DNA of 64,000 nt from positions 6,176 to 70,175 of the forward strand of contig NZ_JAYRGM010000009.1 of assembly GCF_041907885.1 (NCBI RefSeq), read 5' to 3'. Origin of the DNA: Desulfovibrio sp. Its GTDB lineage: Bacteria > Desulfobacterota > Desulfovibrionia > Desulfovibrionales > Desulfovibrionaceae. Made by a program: the position numbers and the translations under genes. This document shows positions 57,901 to 64,000 of the stretch, one piece after another (position 1 is the stretch's first letter; each line of letters begins with the position of its first letter). The notes under the pieces were generated by a model. That model saw nothing but the letters and a program-made list of their open reading frames with translations. It searched no databases and was not told the DNA's origin.

Positions 57901-58170
57901 GGGCAGGTTGTAGATAAGGCTTTTACCGCTGGCCGTGGGCGTGGCCGCAACAATGGAATGCCCGGCGCGGATATGGTCTGTGGCCAGGGCCTGATGGCTG
58001 TACAGCCCCGCGATGCCGCGCTGTTCAAGCACCTTGCTGATGGCTGCGGGCCAGGGCAGGCTGGTGGGCGCATAGTGCGGCGCTGCGGGTGCAAACAGCC
58101 GGTGGCAGGTAACCTGCGGGCCCAGCTTTGCAGACGCCAGCAAGGCGGCGATATATTCTCCAACAGGCAC
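54991..58170 (-). CDS. DEAD/DEAH helicase with Cys4 zinc module (DUF1998/MZB, MrfA/YprA-like) fused to a C-terminal DEDD-type 3'-5' exonuclease domain
   Basis: ATPTASGKS Walker A, VVDEAH box, CPCEDGCPSCVHSPKCGSGN zinc cluster, about 100-aa low-complexity linker, then FDVET / GFNSLRFDYAVL / YCRKDVD exonuclease motifs. Confidence 0.8.
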   Translation of the reverse strand: MPVGEYIAALLASAKLGPQVTCHRLFAPAAPHYAPTSLPWPAAISKVLEQRGIAGLYSHQALATDHIRAGHSIVAATPTASGKSLIYNLPVLDRYLRDRDARALYLFPLKALAQDQLAAFNALVEGWPRDVRPTAALYDGDTTDHFRRKIRRNPPTVLISNPEMLHLGILPHHEQWAEFLAGLSHVVVDEAHTYRGVFGAHMAQVFRRLNRIAGRYGARPVYVLCTATVGNPGELAAALTGTQAPAPSDNEHPAAAPPQDAPVVIDQSGAPQGPRHFVFLNPEQSAATAAIDLLKAALARNLRTIVYCRSRRMTELISLWAGQSGAFAAHISAYRAGFLPEERRSIEARMASGELLAVVSTSALELGIDIGGLDVCILVGYPGTVMATLQRGGRVGRAQQESAVIVVAGEDALDQYFARNPEDFFNRPPEKAVVNPDNEVILTRHLECAAAEMPLTPGDAMLASPAARAAARALHARGLLLQSADGTQLLAARKRPQRHVDLRGTGQTFTIEDQDGQIVGSVDGFRTWQETHPGAVYLHRGRSYVIDEMDPARARIVARAAKVSWFTRTRGQKSTDILEEVERASLGRVLVCRGRLRITDIVTGYEKRSTSGNRLLTITPLDAPPQVFETEGLWFVIPDSIRASLEEKFLHYMGSIHALEHAAIGLLPLLIMADRNDFGGISTPLHAQTGLSGVFVYDGLPGGAGLTRQAFPDARGLLEATLKAVAACPCEDGCPSCVHSPKCGSGNRPISKIGALELLRQMLAPGTEGDTLYRELRISPAPDRLEMETLDAAASLAAAPRPAVSALEFINMDEQTDTASPRNAVEEQSMSKKQPAPDNQTSLFGPAASAPGSGISATAAHGAHTFDGAGLLTHVAVPPPRNFVVFDVETRRSAAEVGGWHRADRMGVSVAVAYDSKADGYFAYQQEELPALFEKLRGADLVVGFNSLRFDYAVLSAFAPFDLHTLPSLDLLQRVAERLNYRLALGNLGQATLGEPKSADGLQALEWWQQGRLDDITNYCRKDVDITRRLYLHGLEHGFLLFSNKAGAPVRVPVDFRPR

Positions 58171-58181
58171 GCTGCTGCCGC

Positions 58182-58871
58182 CTATTGCGCGTCAGAAGCA
58201 GGCGGCGTTTCGCCGGGCTTGAGGCAACGCAGCACGCGGGCTGGTGAACCGGCGGCAAGACAGAAGGGCGGCACATCGCGCGTCACCACGCTGCCAGCGC
58301 CAATAATTGCCCCCTCGCCGATGTTGACGCCCTTGAGGATAAGACAGTTCATGCCTATCCAGGCGTAGTCGCCAACGCACACGGGGCGGTCGCCTTCCAT
58401 GCCCGGCTCTGTGGCGCGGGCCTCTGGCGGCCAGTGGGCGTGAAAGTCCGAATCCACCACAACGCAGTTGGGGCCAAACATGACCTGCCGCCCAAGGCTG
58501 ATGGCCGTGGAGCGGGCAGTTATGGATGTGCCGCTGAGCTGGCAGCCGGGGCCGATATCTATGCTGGCCCCCGGCCCAAAGGTGCGCAGGCGCACCGGAG
58601 CGTACAGGGTGGCTGCCGTGGCCCGCCGCCACGAAGAAATAAGGCTTGCACCCGCGCCAATGCGTATGCTGCTGCCGGGCCAGCGCATGAGCCCCACAGG
58701 GCCGTGGGCGCTTACGCCGGGTTCTACCCGCACGCCAAGGGCCAGGGCCTTGAGGCGCAGGCGCAGGCTGCCCCACAGCGCACCGTTGACGCGCATGATT
58801 TGCAGGCACAGGTAGCTTATGACGTTGGAGGGGGTGAGGCCCCGCTCCAGAGCTTTTTTCAACATGCTCAT
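58182..58871 (-). CDS. left-handed beta-helix (hexapeptide repeat) acyl/acetyltransferase
   Basis: Hexapeptide-repeat C-terminal half (VGDYAWIGMNCLILKGVNIGEGAIIGAGSVV). Ends 11 nt before the helicase ATG. Confidence 0.8.
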   Translation of the reverse strand: MSMLKKALERGLTPSNVISYLCLQIMRVNGALWGSLRLRLKALALGVRVEPGVSAHGPVGLMRWPGSSIRIGAGASLISSWRRATAATLYAPVRLRTFGPGASIDIGPGCQLSGTSITARSTAISLGRQVMFGPNCVVVDSDFHAHWPPEARATEPGMEGDRPVCVGDYAWIGMNCLILKGVNIGEGAIIGAGSVVTRDVPPFCLAAGSPARVLRCLKPGETPPASDAQ

Positions 58872-59096
58872 GGTGTTTCCGTTGTTGGCGTGTGCGAGTC
58901 AGGCAACAGCCTTGCGGCTTTTGCTCTTGCTCCGCATCATGCCAGAGTCGGGCCGCATGGTCGAGTGGCCGCTGCGGCGTGAAGCCACGGCGTCAGGGTA
59001 TGCTGGCAAATCCCTGGCCTGAGGCAGTCAGCATATGGGTTGCAGCCAGGAGCACAGCGCAGAAGAGCAGCTTTGCCTTCGCTATTTGCAATCTTC

Positions 59097-59139
59097 TTGA
59101 CGGGGTAGTGTTTGAGGGATAAATTGAAATTGAATGTTG
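59097..59139 (+). promoter_or_regulatory. feoA promoter TTGACG-N17-TAAATT with an overlapping weak Fur-like AT-rich hexamer block
   Basis: Same -10 hexamer and spacing as the feoB promoter; GATAAATTGAAATTGAATGTTG follows. Confidence 0.45.
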
Positions 59140-59163
59140 TTTTTAAAAGGACGGTGGAGAAGC

Positions 59164-59415
59164 ATGAATTCAGTCATTCCACTTACTTCCCTCAAGGTGG
59201 GCCAGGTGGCCCGCATTGTGAGCATCAATGCCAGCGGTGAGCTTGCCCGCCGTATACGCGACATGGGGCTGGGATCAGGCATGCCTGTTTCTGTTGTCGG
59301 CTACGCGCCTCTGCGCGACCCGCTGGCCCTGCGCTGCGCAGAGGTAACCATTGCCCTGCGGCGCAAGGAAGCCGGGGCCATCATGGTGCAGCCTGCGAAT
59401 CCCGCAACCAACTGA
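59164..59415 (+). CDS. feoA: ferrous iron transport protein A
   Basis: 83 aa, LTSLKVGQVARIVSI...RRIRDMGLGSGMPV FeoA/SH3-like pattern. Confidence 0.85.
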   Translation: MNSVIPLTSLKVGQVARIVSINASGELARRIRDMGLGSGMPVSVVGYAPLRDPLALRCAEVTIALRRKEAGAIMVQPANPATN

Positions 59416-59443
59416 TTTGAGGCAGACTGTGTTTGCTCTGTAC

Positions 59444-59466
59444 AACCCCGGCATGCCGGGGTTTTT
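59444..59466 (+). terminator. intrinsic terminator after feoA
   Basis: CCCCGG-catg-CCGGGG followed by TTTTT. Confidence 0.75.
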
Positions 59467-59508
59467 ACGTTGCTGGGGATGGCCAGCGCTGTGGCGGATT
59501 CAGGGAGC

Positions 59509-60705
59509 CTAGGCCTGCCCAGCTTTTTGACCGTACACCCGCGTGCGGTTGCGGCCTGCGCCCTTGGCCTCGTATAGGGCGGCATCGGTCTGGCGTACCA
59601 GCACATTGCTTTCCGCATCCTGGTCTTGCGGCGGTGTAATGCTGCTGACACCAAGGCTTACGGTCACAAAGGTGCTTACCGGCGAGGCGGGGTGGGGCAG
59701 CTGCTCGCGGGCCACCTCGGCATGCACGCGGGCGGCCACGGCCTGTGCGGTGGCGGTATCCGCACCGGGCAGCAGCAGGGCAAATTCCTCGCCGCCGTAA
59801 CGGGCGCACACATCGGTGGAACGCGCGGCCCTGCTCATGGCAACGGCCACGCGGCGCAGGCATTCGTCGCCCGCCTGATGCCCCAGATTGTCGTTGTAGC
59901 GCTTGAAGGTGTCCACATCCAGCATTATGAGCGCCAGCGGCGTTCTGGTCTGCTGGGCCTGCTGCCAAAGAGCGCGCAGCTTTTCGTCAAAGGCGCGGCG
60001 GTTGCCCACGCCGGTGAGTCCGTCCACCAGCGACATCTTTTGAAAATGGTCGTGCTCTGAGGCCAGCTTTTGCGAGCGCACCGTGGCAAGCGAAAGGTAT
60101 GTGCCGAGATTTTCAAGCGAAGCAGAAATATTGCCAAGCTCGATAATAAAGCTGCGTTTGGGCGGCTGGCTGGCGGTTCCTGTGCCCAGCTGGTTGAGAA
60201 AGGTCATGATGCCCTGAAGCGGGCGGGCAAGGTGCAGGCGCAGCAGGCCAAACAGCGTGGCGAGGCCCGCGCCCAGCAGCAAAAAACCCATGAGCAGGAG
60301 GTTTTCAAATTCGTGCGCAAGGGTGGCAGTGCGCCGCAGTTGCATGTGCATGTCTTCTGTGGCGGCCTGGGTGACAGATATTTCGGCTATGGACGCGCCA
60401 AGGGCAGCCAGCGCGGCGTCTGCGGTCTGCCCGGAGAAGCCCTCAGTTTTTGCCTTTTCGCGGGCTGCGCCAAGGGCTGCTTCTGTTTCACGCAGGCGCT
60501 CAAGCAGGGCAAGATCAGCCTTGTTGCGGGCCTCTGTCATGGCCACAAATGCCCCGTAGGTTTTTGTGCCTGAAACGCTCATCTCGCGCGTCATGCTCAT
60601 AAAATAGAAAAAGCTGGCCGTAAAAAGCAGGGCCATGACGGTCAGGCCCAGTGCAAGGTAAGCGCGTATGCCCATGCCGGATACGCGCCCAGTGGTTTTA
60701 GTCAT
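59509..60705 (-). CDS. membrane-bound diguanylate cyclase (2 TM + helical periplasmic region + GGDEF)
   Basis: RYGGEEFA with an RSTD I-site. Start ATG 60705-60703 shares one base with the feoB TAA stop (TAATG). Confidence 0.85.
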   Translation of the reverse strand: MTKTTGRVSGMGIRAYLALGLTVMALLFTASFFYFMSMTREMSVSGTKTYGAFVAMTEARNKADLALLERLRETEAALGAAREKAKTEGFSGQTADAALAALGASIAEISVTQAATEDMHMQLRRTATLAHEFENLLLMGFLLLGAGLATLFGLLRLHLARPLQGIMTFLNQLGTGTASQPPKRSFIIELGNISASLENLGTYLSLATVRSQKLASEHDHFQKMSLVDGLTGVGNRRAFDEKLRALWQQAQQTRTPLALIMLDVDTFKRYNDNLGHQAGDECLRRVAVAMSRAARSTDVCARYGGEEFALLLPGADTATAQAVAARVHAEVAREQLPHPASPVSTFVTVSLGVSSITPPQDQDAESNVLVRQTDAALYEAKGAGRNRTRVYGQKAGQA

Positions 60706-63017
60706 TATAAGCCCATCCATAAAATGCGGTAGGTCTGGTACACCCCCACGGCCATGCCAAAGGCCAGCAGGGTATTGAAGGCAATGCTGAAGGCCACCCA
60801 TTTCCAGCTGCCCGATTCCTGCCGGATGACAACCAGAGTTACAAAGCAGGGCGCATACAACATGACAAAAACCAGCAGGGCCAGCGCCGTGCCCTGGTTC
60901 CACGAGGGGTCGGCCCGCAGCAGCTCTGCCAGCGATGCGGGGTCTTCCGGGTCTTGTTGCCCAAGCGCGTAAGCCGTGCCAAGTGTGGATATAATGGCCT
61001 CCTTGGCTGCTATGCCGCCGATAAGTGCCACGTCTGTGCGCCAGCTGAACCCAGCATACGAGGTAATACCCTCAAGCCATGTGCCAAGGCTGCCTGCAAG
61101 GGTGTGGCGCAGGCGTTCGGCGTCCAGTTCTTCCTGCGTTTTTGCAAGCGATTCTTCGTAGGTGCTGCGCATCTGTTCAGAAAGGTCGTCGCGTTCAAGG
61201 CGGGCGCTCAGGCGGGCGATTTCGTTTTCAAAGGGCAGGGCAATCTGCGGGTCTAGGGCGGGAAAGGTCATGGCCGCCCAGATGAGCATGGCCAGCGGCA
61301 CGAGAACTGTTCCCGCCTTTTTCAGGTACATCCAGGTGCGTTCCCAGCAGTGTATGCAGATGCCGCGCAGGGTGGGCATGCGGTAGGGGGGCATTTCCAT
61401 GACAAGCGGCGTTGCCTCGCCGCGCAGCACGGTTTTGCGCAGCAAAAGGGCCACACAAAAGGCCAGAACCCACGAAAGCATGATGATGGCAAACATCATG
61501 TTGGCGGCGTTGTGTGGAAAAAACGTGCCCACAAGCAGCAGATACACGGGCAGTTTTGCGCCGCAGGCCATGTAGGGCAGGGTGAGCATGGTGGCGAGCT
61601 TTTCCTTGGGGCTGCGCATGGTGCGCGTGGCCATGACGCCGGGTATGGCGCACCCCCCGGCTATGCCGCCCGAAATGATATAGGGCATCACCGAGGCCCC
61701 GTGCAGGCCAAAAAACTGGAACACGCGGTCGGCAATGTAGGCCATGCGCGCCATGTAGCCGCTGTCTTCCACAATGGCGATGAGCGCAAACATGATGAGC
61801 ACCAGGGGCACAAAACTGAGTACCCCGCCCACACCCGCAATCACGCCGTCCACCAGCAGCGAGGCAAAAAGCCCATCGGGCAGCGAGGCGCGCACAAGAG
61901 CCGCCAGCCCGCCAAAAGCCTCTTCAAGCCAGCCCTGCGGGTACGAACCCAGCACAATGGTGATCTGAAACATGGCATAGAGCACGACAAGCATGATTAA
62001 GGCGCCCCACACGGCGTGGGCCAGTACGCGGTCGAGCTTGTCCGAATGGCTGAGGCGGTGTCGGCCACCTGTTTTGACAATGCAGGCCGCAGCCACCTGC
62101 CTCACAAAATTACTGTGCCCGTCTGCAATGATGCCCTCGGCGTCGCGGCCAATGCTGCGCAGTTCATCCTGCACAAAGCTGCACACCTGGGCCATGTCTG
62201 CTGCAAGATCTGCATCGGCCATTTTAAGGGCCGCAATGGCCTCTGCGTCATCTTGCAGCAGATTGAGGGCCAGCCAAAGCGGGGCGCAGTGGCCGTAGGG
62301 CGAGGCGTTTATGCCGGGGCTGGCTGCAATGCGCCTTTCCATGGTTTCAAGAATGGGATCAAGCAGGGGGCCGTACCCAATGCGCAGGGCCGTGCCGTGG
62401 CCAGCCTGCAAGGTTTCTGCCCCCTGGTTTTGCTGGCTGGTTTGCGGCGGGGCATCCTGCGCCGCCTGCCGCGCCGCAGAGAGGGCTTCGCGCAGGCCGT
62501 TGCCCGCCGTGCCCACCGTGGGAACGGCAGTTGCTCCCATGAATTCCGATAGACGCAAAAAATCAATGCTGATACCCGCCGCGTGGGCTTCGTCCATCAT
62601 GTTGCAGGCAATAACCACGGGCAGGCCCATTTCTCGCAGCTGGGCCGTAAGCAACAGCCCGCGCTCTAGAATGCCCGCATCCACCACGTTGATAACGGCC
62701 TGCACAGAGCCGTCGAGCAGCACATTGCGGGCCACCACTTCTTCCTGCGAATAGGCAGAGAGCGAATACGCGCCGGGCAGATCAACAAGAATGATCTCCT
62801 GCCCTTCGTGGCGGATAAAGCCCTCCTTTTTTTCAACAGTCACACCGCTGTAATTGCCCACATGCTGGTGTGCGCCGGTGAGGGAATTGAATACCGTGGT
62901 TTTGCCGCAGTTGGGATTGCCTGCAATGGCCAGCCGCAGGGAATAGGCCAGGCCGCCTATGAGCGTGCGGGCATTGCCGCCTCGCATAACTGCGGTTGCG
63001 GATAGGGATTCCGGCAT
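60705..63017 (-). CDS. feoB: ferrous iron transporter FeoB
   Basis: GNPNCGKTTVFN G1 motif, DLPG, polytopic C-terminal permease. Start is 63017 (AGGAGC SD) or 62987; the track ORF extends further upstream in frame. Confidence 0.92.
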   Translation of the reverse strand: MPESLSATAVMRGGNARTLIGGLAYSLRLAIAGNPNCGKTTVFNSLTGAHQHVGNYSGVTVEKKEGFIRHEGQEIILVDLPGAYSLSAYSQEEVVARNVLLDGSVQAVINVVDAGILERGLLLTAQLREMGLPVVIACNMMDEAHAAGISIDFLRLSEFMGATAVPTVGTAGNGLREALSAARQAAQDAPPQTSQQNQGAETLQAGHGTALRIGYGPLLDPILETMERRIAASPGINASPYGHCAPLWLALNLLQDDAEAIAALKMADADLAADMAQVCSFVQDELRSIGRDAEGIIADGHSNFVRQVAAACIVKTGGRHRLSHSDKLDRVLAHAVWGALIMLVVLYAMFQITIVLGSYPQGWLEEAFGGLAALVRASLPDGLFASLLVDGVIAGVGGVLSFVPLVLIMFALIAIVEDSGYMARMAYIADRVFQFFGLHGASVMPYIISGGIAGGCAIPGVMATRTMRSPKEKLATMLTLPYMACGAKLPVYLLLVGTFFPHNAANMMFAIIMLSWVLAFCVALLLRKTVLRGEATPLVMEMPPYRMPTLRGICIHCWERTWMYLKKAGTVLVPLAMLIWAAMTFPALDPQIALPFENEIARLSARLERDDLSEQMRSTYEESLAKTQEELDAERLRHTLAGSLGTWLEGITSYAGFSWRTDVALIGGIAAKEAIISTLGTAYALGQQDPEDPASLAELLRADPSWNQGTALALLVFVMLYAPCFVTLVVIRQESGSWKWVAFSIAFNTLLAFGMAVGVYQTYRILWMGL

Positions 63018-63078
63018 GCTTTGCGCTCCTCTGTGTGCCGCGCCGGAGCAGGCCGGTGGGCTGAAATTTGAATGGAAT

Positions 63079-63110
63079 TGAAATTTATTTTCAGAAAGGA
63101 GGAAAGTCAA
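63079..63110 (-). promoter_or_regulatory. feoB promoter TTGACT-N17-TAAATT with an overlapping Fur box
   Basis: Minus strand TGAAAATAAATTTCA (63079-63093) matches my recalled Desulfovibrio-type Fur palindrome TGAAAATnATTTTCA at 13 of 14 positions. -10 at 63082-63087, -35 at 63105-63110. Confidence 0.55.
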
Positions 63111-63156
63111 GTGAGTATTTGTGCCCTGAAAAGCACGTCTTGGGCGCAAAAAAAGA

Positions 63157-63193
63157 AAACCGGCAGCCATTGGCTGCCGGTTTGTGCATGTCT
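63157..63193 (-). terminator. intrinsic terminator after the PP-loop ATPase gene
   Basis: AAACCGGCAGCC-aatg-GCTGCCGGTTT followed on the minus strand by TCTTTTTTT. Confidence 0.8.
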
Positions 63194-63217
63194 GGTCTGC
63201 TTTGCGGGGGTGCGGGG

Positions 63218-64000
63218 CTAGGCTTTTTCGGCCACTGCCGAGCGGATGCGGCACACTCCGCAGCGGTCGCCGGAGGAAGTGGGGTAGCCGCATTCTGTGC
63301 AGGGGGCCAGCACCATGCCTTCTTCTGCTTCACGGCGGGCAAAGACAGGCCGCCCGCGCACGAGAAAACCCTGATAAAAATCGAGCTTGCGGCCCGGCAT
63401 GGCGAATTCAAGATTCTGCATCAGGCCCTTGAGGGTGGTAAAACTTGCGCCGGGGCTGTAGGGGCAGGGGGCGTAGTGGTTTTCAATGCCCATCAAGAAG
63501 GCGTAGTTGGCTGTTTCAAATTCCGAGAGCCGCCACAGGGGTTTGACCTTGCGCGAAAAGCCGTGCTCGCTGTCCAGGCGCGGCCCCTGATCGGAAAGGT
63601 AGGATGTGTCCCATCGCAGGGTATTGCTGAAAAGGCGGGCCACTTCATCATCGAGATTATGGCCGGTGGCAAGGGCATCAAAGCCTTCGTCGAGCGCAAC
63701 CTTGTTGAAAAAGTGGCGTTTGATCTTGCCGCAGGCCGAGCAGATGGGGCGGTTGAGGCGTTCTTTGACCACCGGGATAGGCAGGCCCTCGGCGGCCATT
63801 TCCTTGACCATGAGCTTGAGGTCGTGTTTGGCGCAAAAGCGTTCGACAACGCCACGGGCAGCAGCGGAAGAAACCGGAATGGCCAGATCGATGTGCAGGC
63901 CGGTTACATTATAGCCCTGGCGTGCAAGCTCAAGCATGAGGGCCAGCGAATCCTTACCGCCAGAAAGTGCCACCAGCACCCGTTCGTTGCGGGTAAACAG
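63218..64000 (-). CDS. PP-loop ATP pyrophosphatase (TtcA-like tRNA thiolation family), N-terminus beyond the window end
   Basis: LVALSGGKDS PP-loop, CSACGKIKR, C-terminal CTECG...CGVC zinc-ribbon-like. The frame stays open to position 64000. Confidence 0.65.
   Translation of the reverse strand: MFTRNERVLVALSGGKDSLALMLELARQGYNVTGLHIDLAIPVSSAAARGVVERFCAKHDLKLMVKEMAAEGLPIPVVKERLNRPICSACGKIKRHFFNKVALDEGFDALATGHNLDDEVARLFSNTLRWDTSYLSDQGPRLDSEHGFSRKVKPLWRLSEFETANYAFLMGIENHYAPCPYSPGASFTTLKGLMQNLEFAMPGRKLDFYQGFLVRGRPVFARREAEEGMVLAPCTECGYPTSSGDRCGVCRIRSAVAEKA

Noticed and set aside
63018-63293. Upstream in-frame extension of feoB (track ORF to 63293). Comparable N-terminal extensions occur for aroC, panC, fba, purE, tmk, serS and speB.
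   Set aside because: The extensions overlap promoters, terminators or neighbouring genes and precede canonical N-termini that have good SD sequences. I trimmed the starts accordingly.
1-64000. Mobile elements, prophage, genomic island, defence islands, tRNA or rRNA genes.
   Set aside because: No integrase, transposase, phage structural gene, restriction-modification gene or toxin-antitoxin signature was recognised. No cloverleaf-like or rRNA-like sequence was seen in the intergenic regions. Composition is uniform except for short AT-rich promoter spacers.

Overview
GC-rich, gene-dense chromosomal segment. Its gene content and regulatory motifs suggest a Desulfovibrio-type sulfate reducer; this is an inference, not a database result.

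I can support about 52 protein-coding genes. Nearly all the other long ORFs in the track are antisense or out-of-frame shadows of these genes.

Content is mostly housekeeping:
- Biosynthesis: aroC, metK, panC, panB, purE, purD, thiL.
- Central metabolism: gap, fba.
- Nucleotide and tRNA functions: surE, tmk, serS.
- Other core functions: rimO, hypF, sppA.
- DNA helicases: recD2 and uvrD.
- Motility: two tandem flagellin paralogs.
- Polyamine-related genes: HDAC-family deacetylase, carboxynorspermidine dehydrogenase-like, agmatinase.
- Iron uptake: feoA and feoB.
- Signalling: four GGDEF-domain proteins.
- Several uncharacterised envelope proteins.

I saw no rRNA, tRNA, CRISPR array, transposase, integrase or phage genes, and no clear-cut new multi-gene system.

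The items most worth a second look are:
1. A 182-bp hairpin-dense tandem repeat (2.2 copies) just upstream of purD.
2. A MrfA/YprA-like helicase with a Cys4 zinc module fused to a DEDD-type exonuclease, co-oriented with an acyltransferase.
3. A Fur-box promoter driving feoB, whose stop overlaps the start of a membrane diguanylate cyclase (TAATG).
4. An in-frame amber codon that cuts off the conserved C-terminus of an EAL phosphodiesterase.
5. A DUF4198 (NikK-like) gene pair whose promoter is bracketed by a perfect 9-bp inverted repeat.
6. A terminator hairpin sitting directly in front of the speB-panB ribosome-binding site.

All motif and structure calls were made by eye from the sequence and need computational confirmation.
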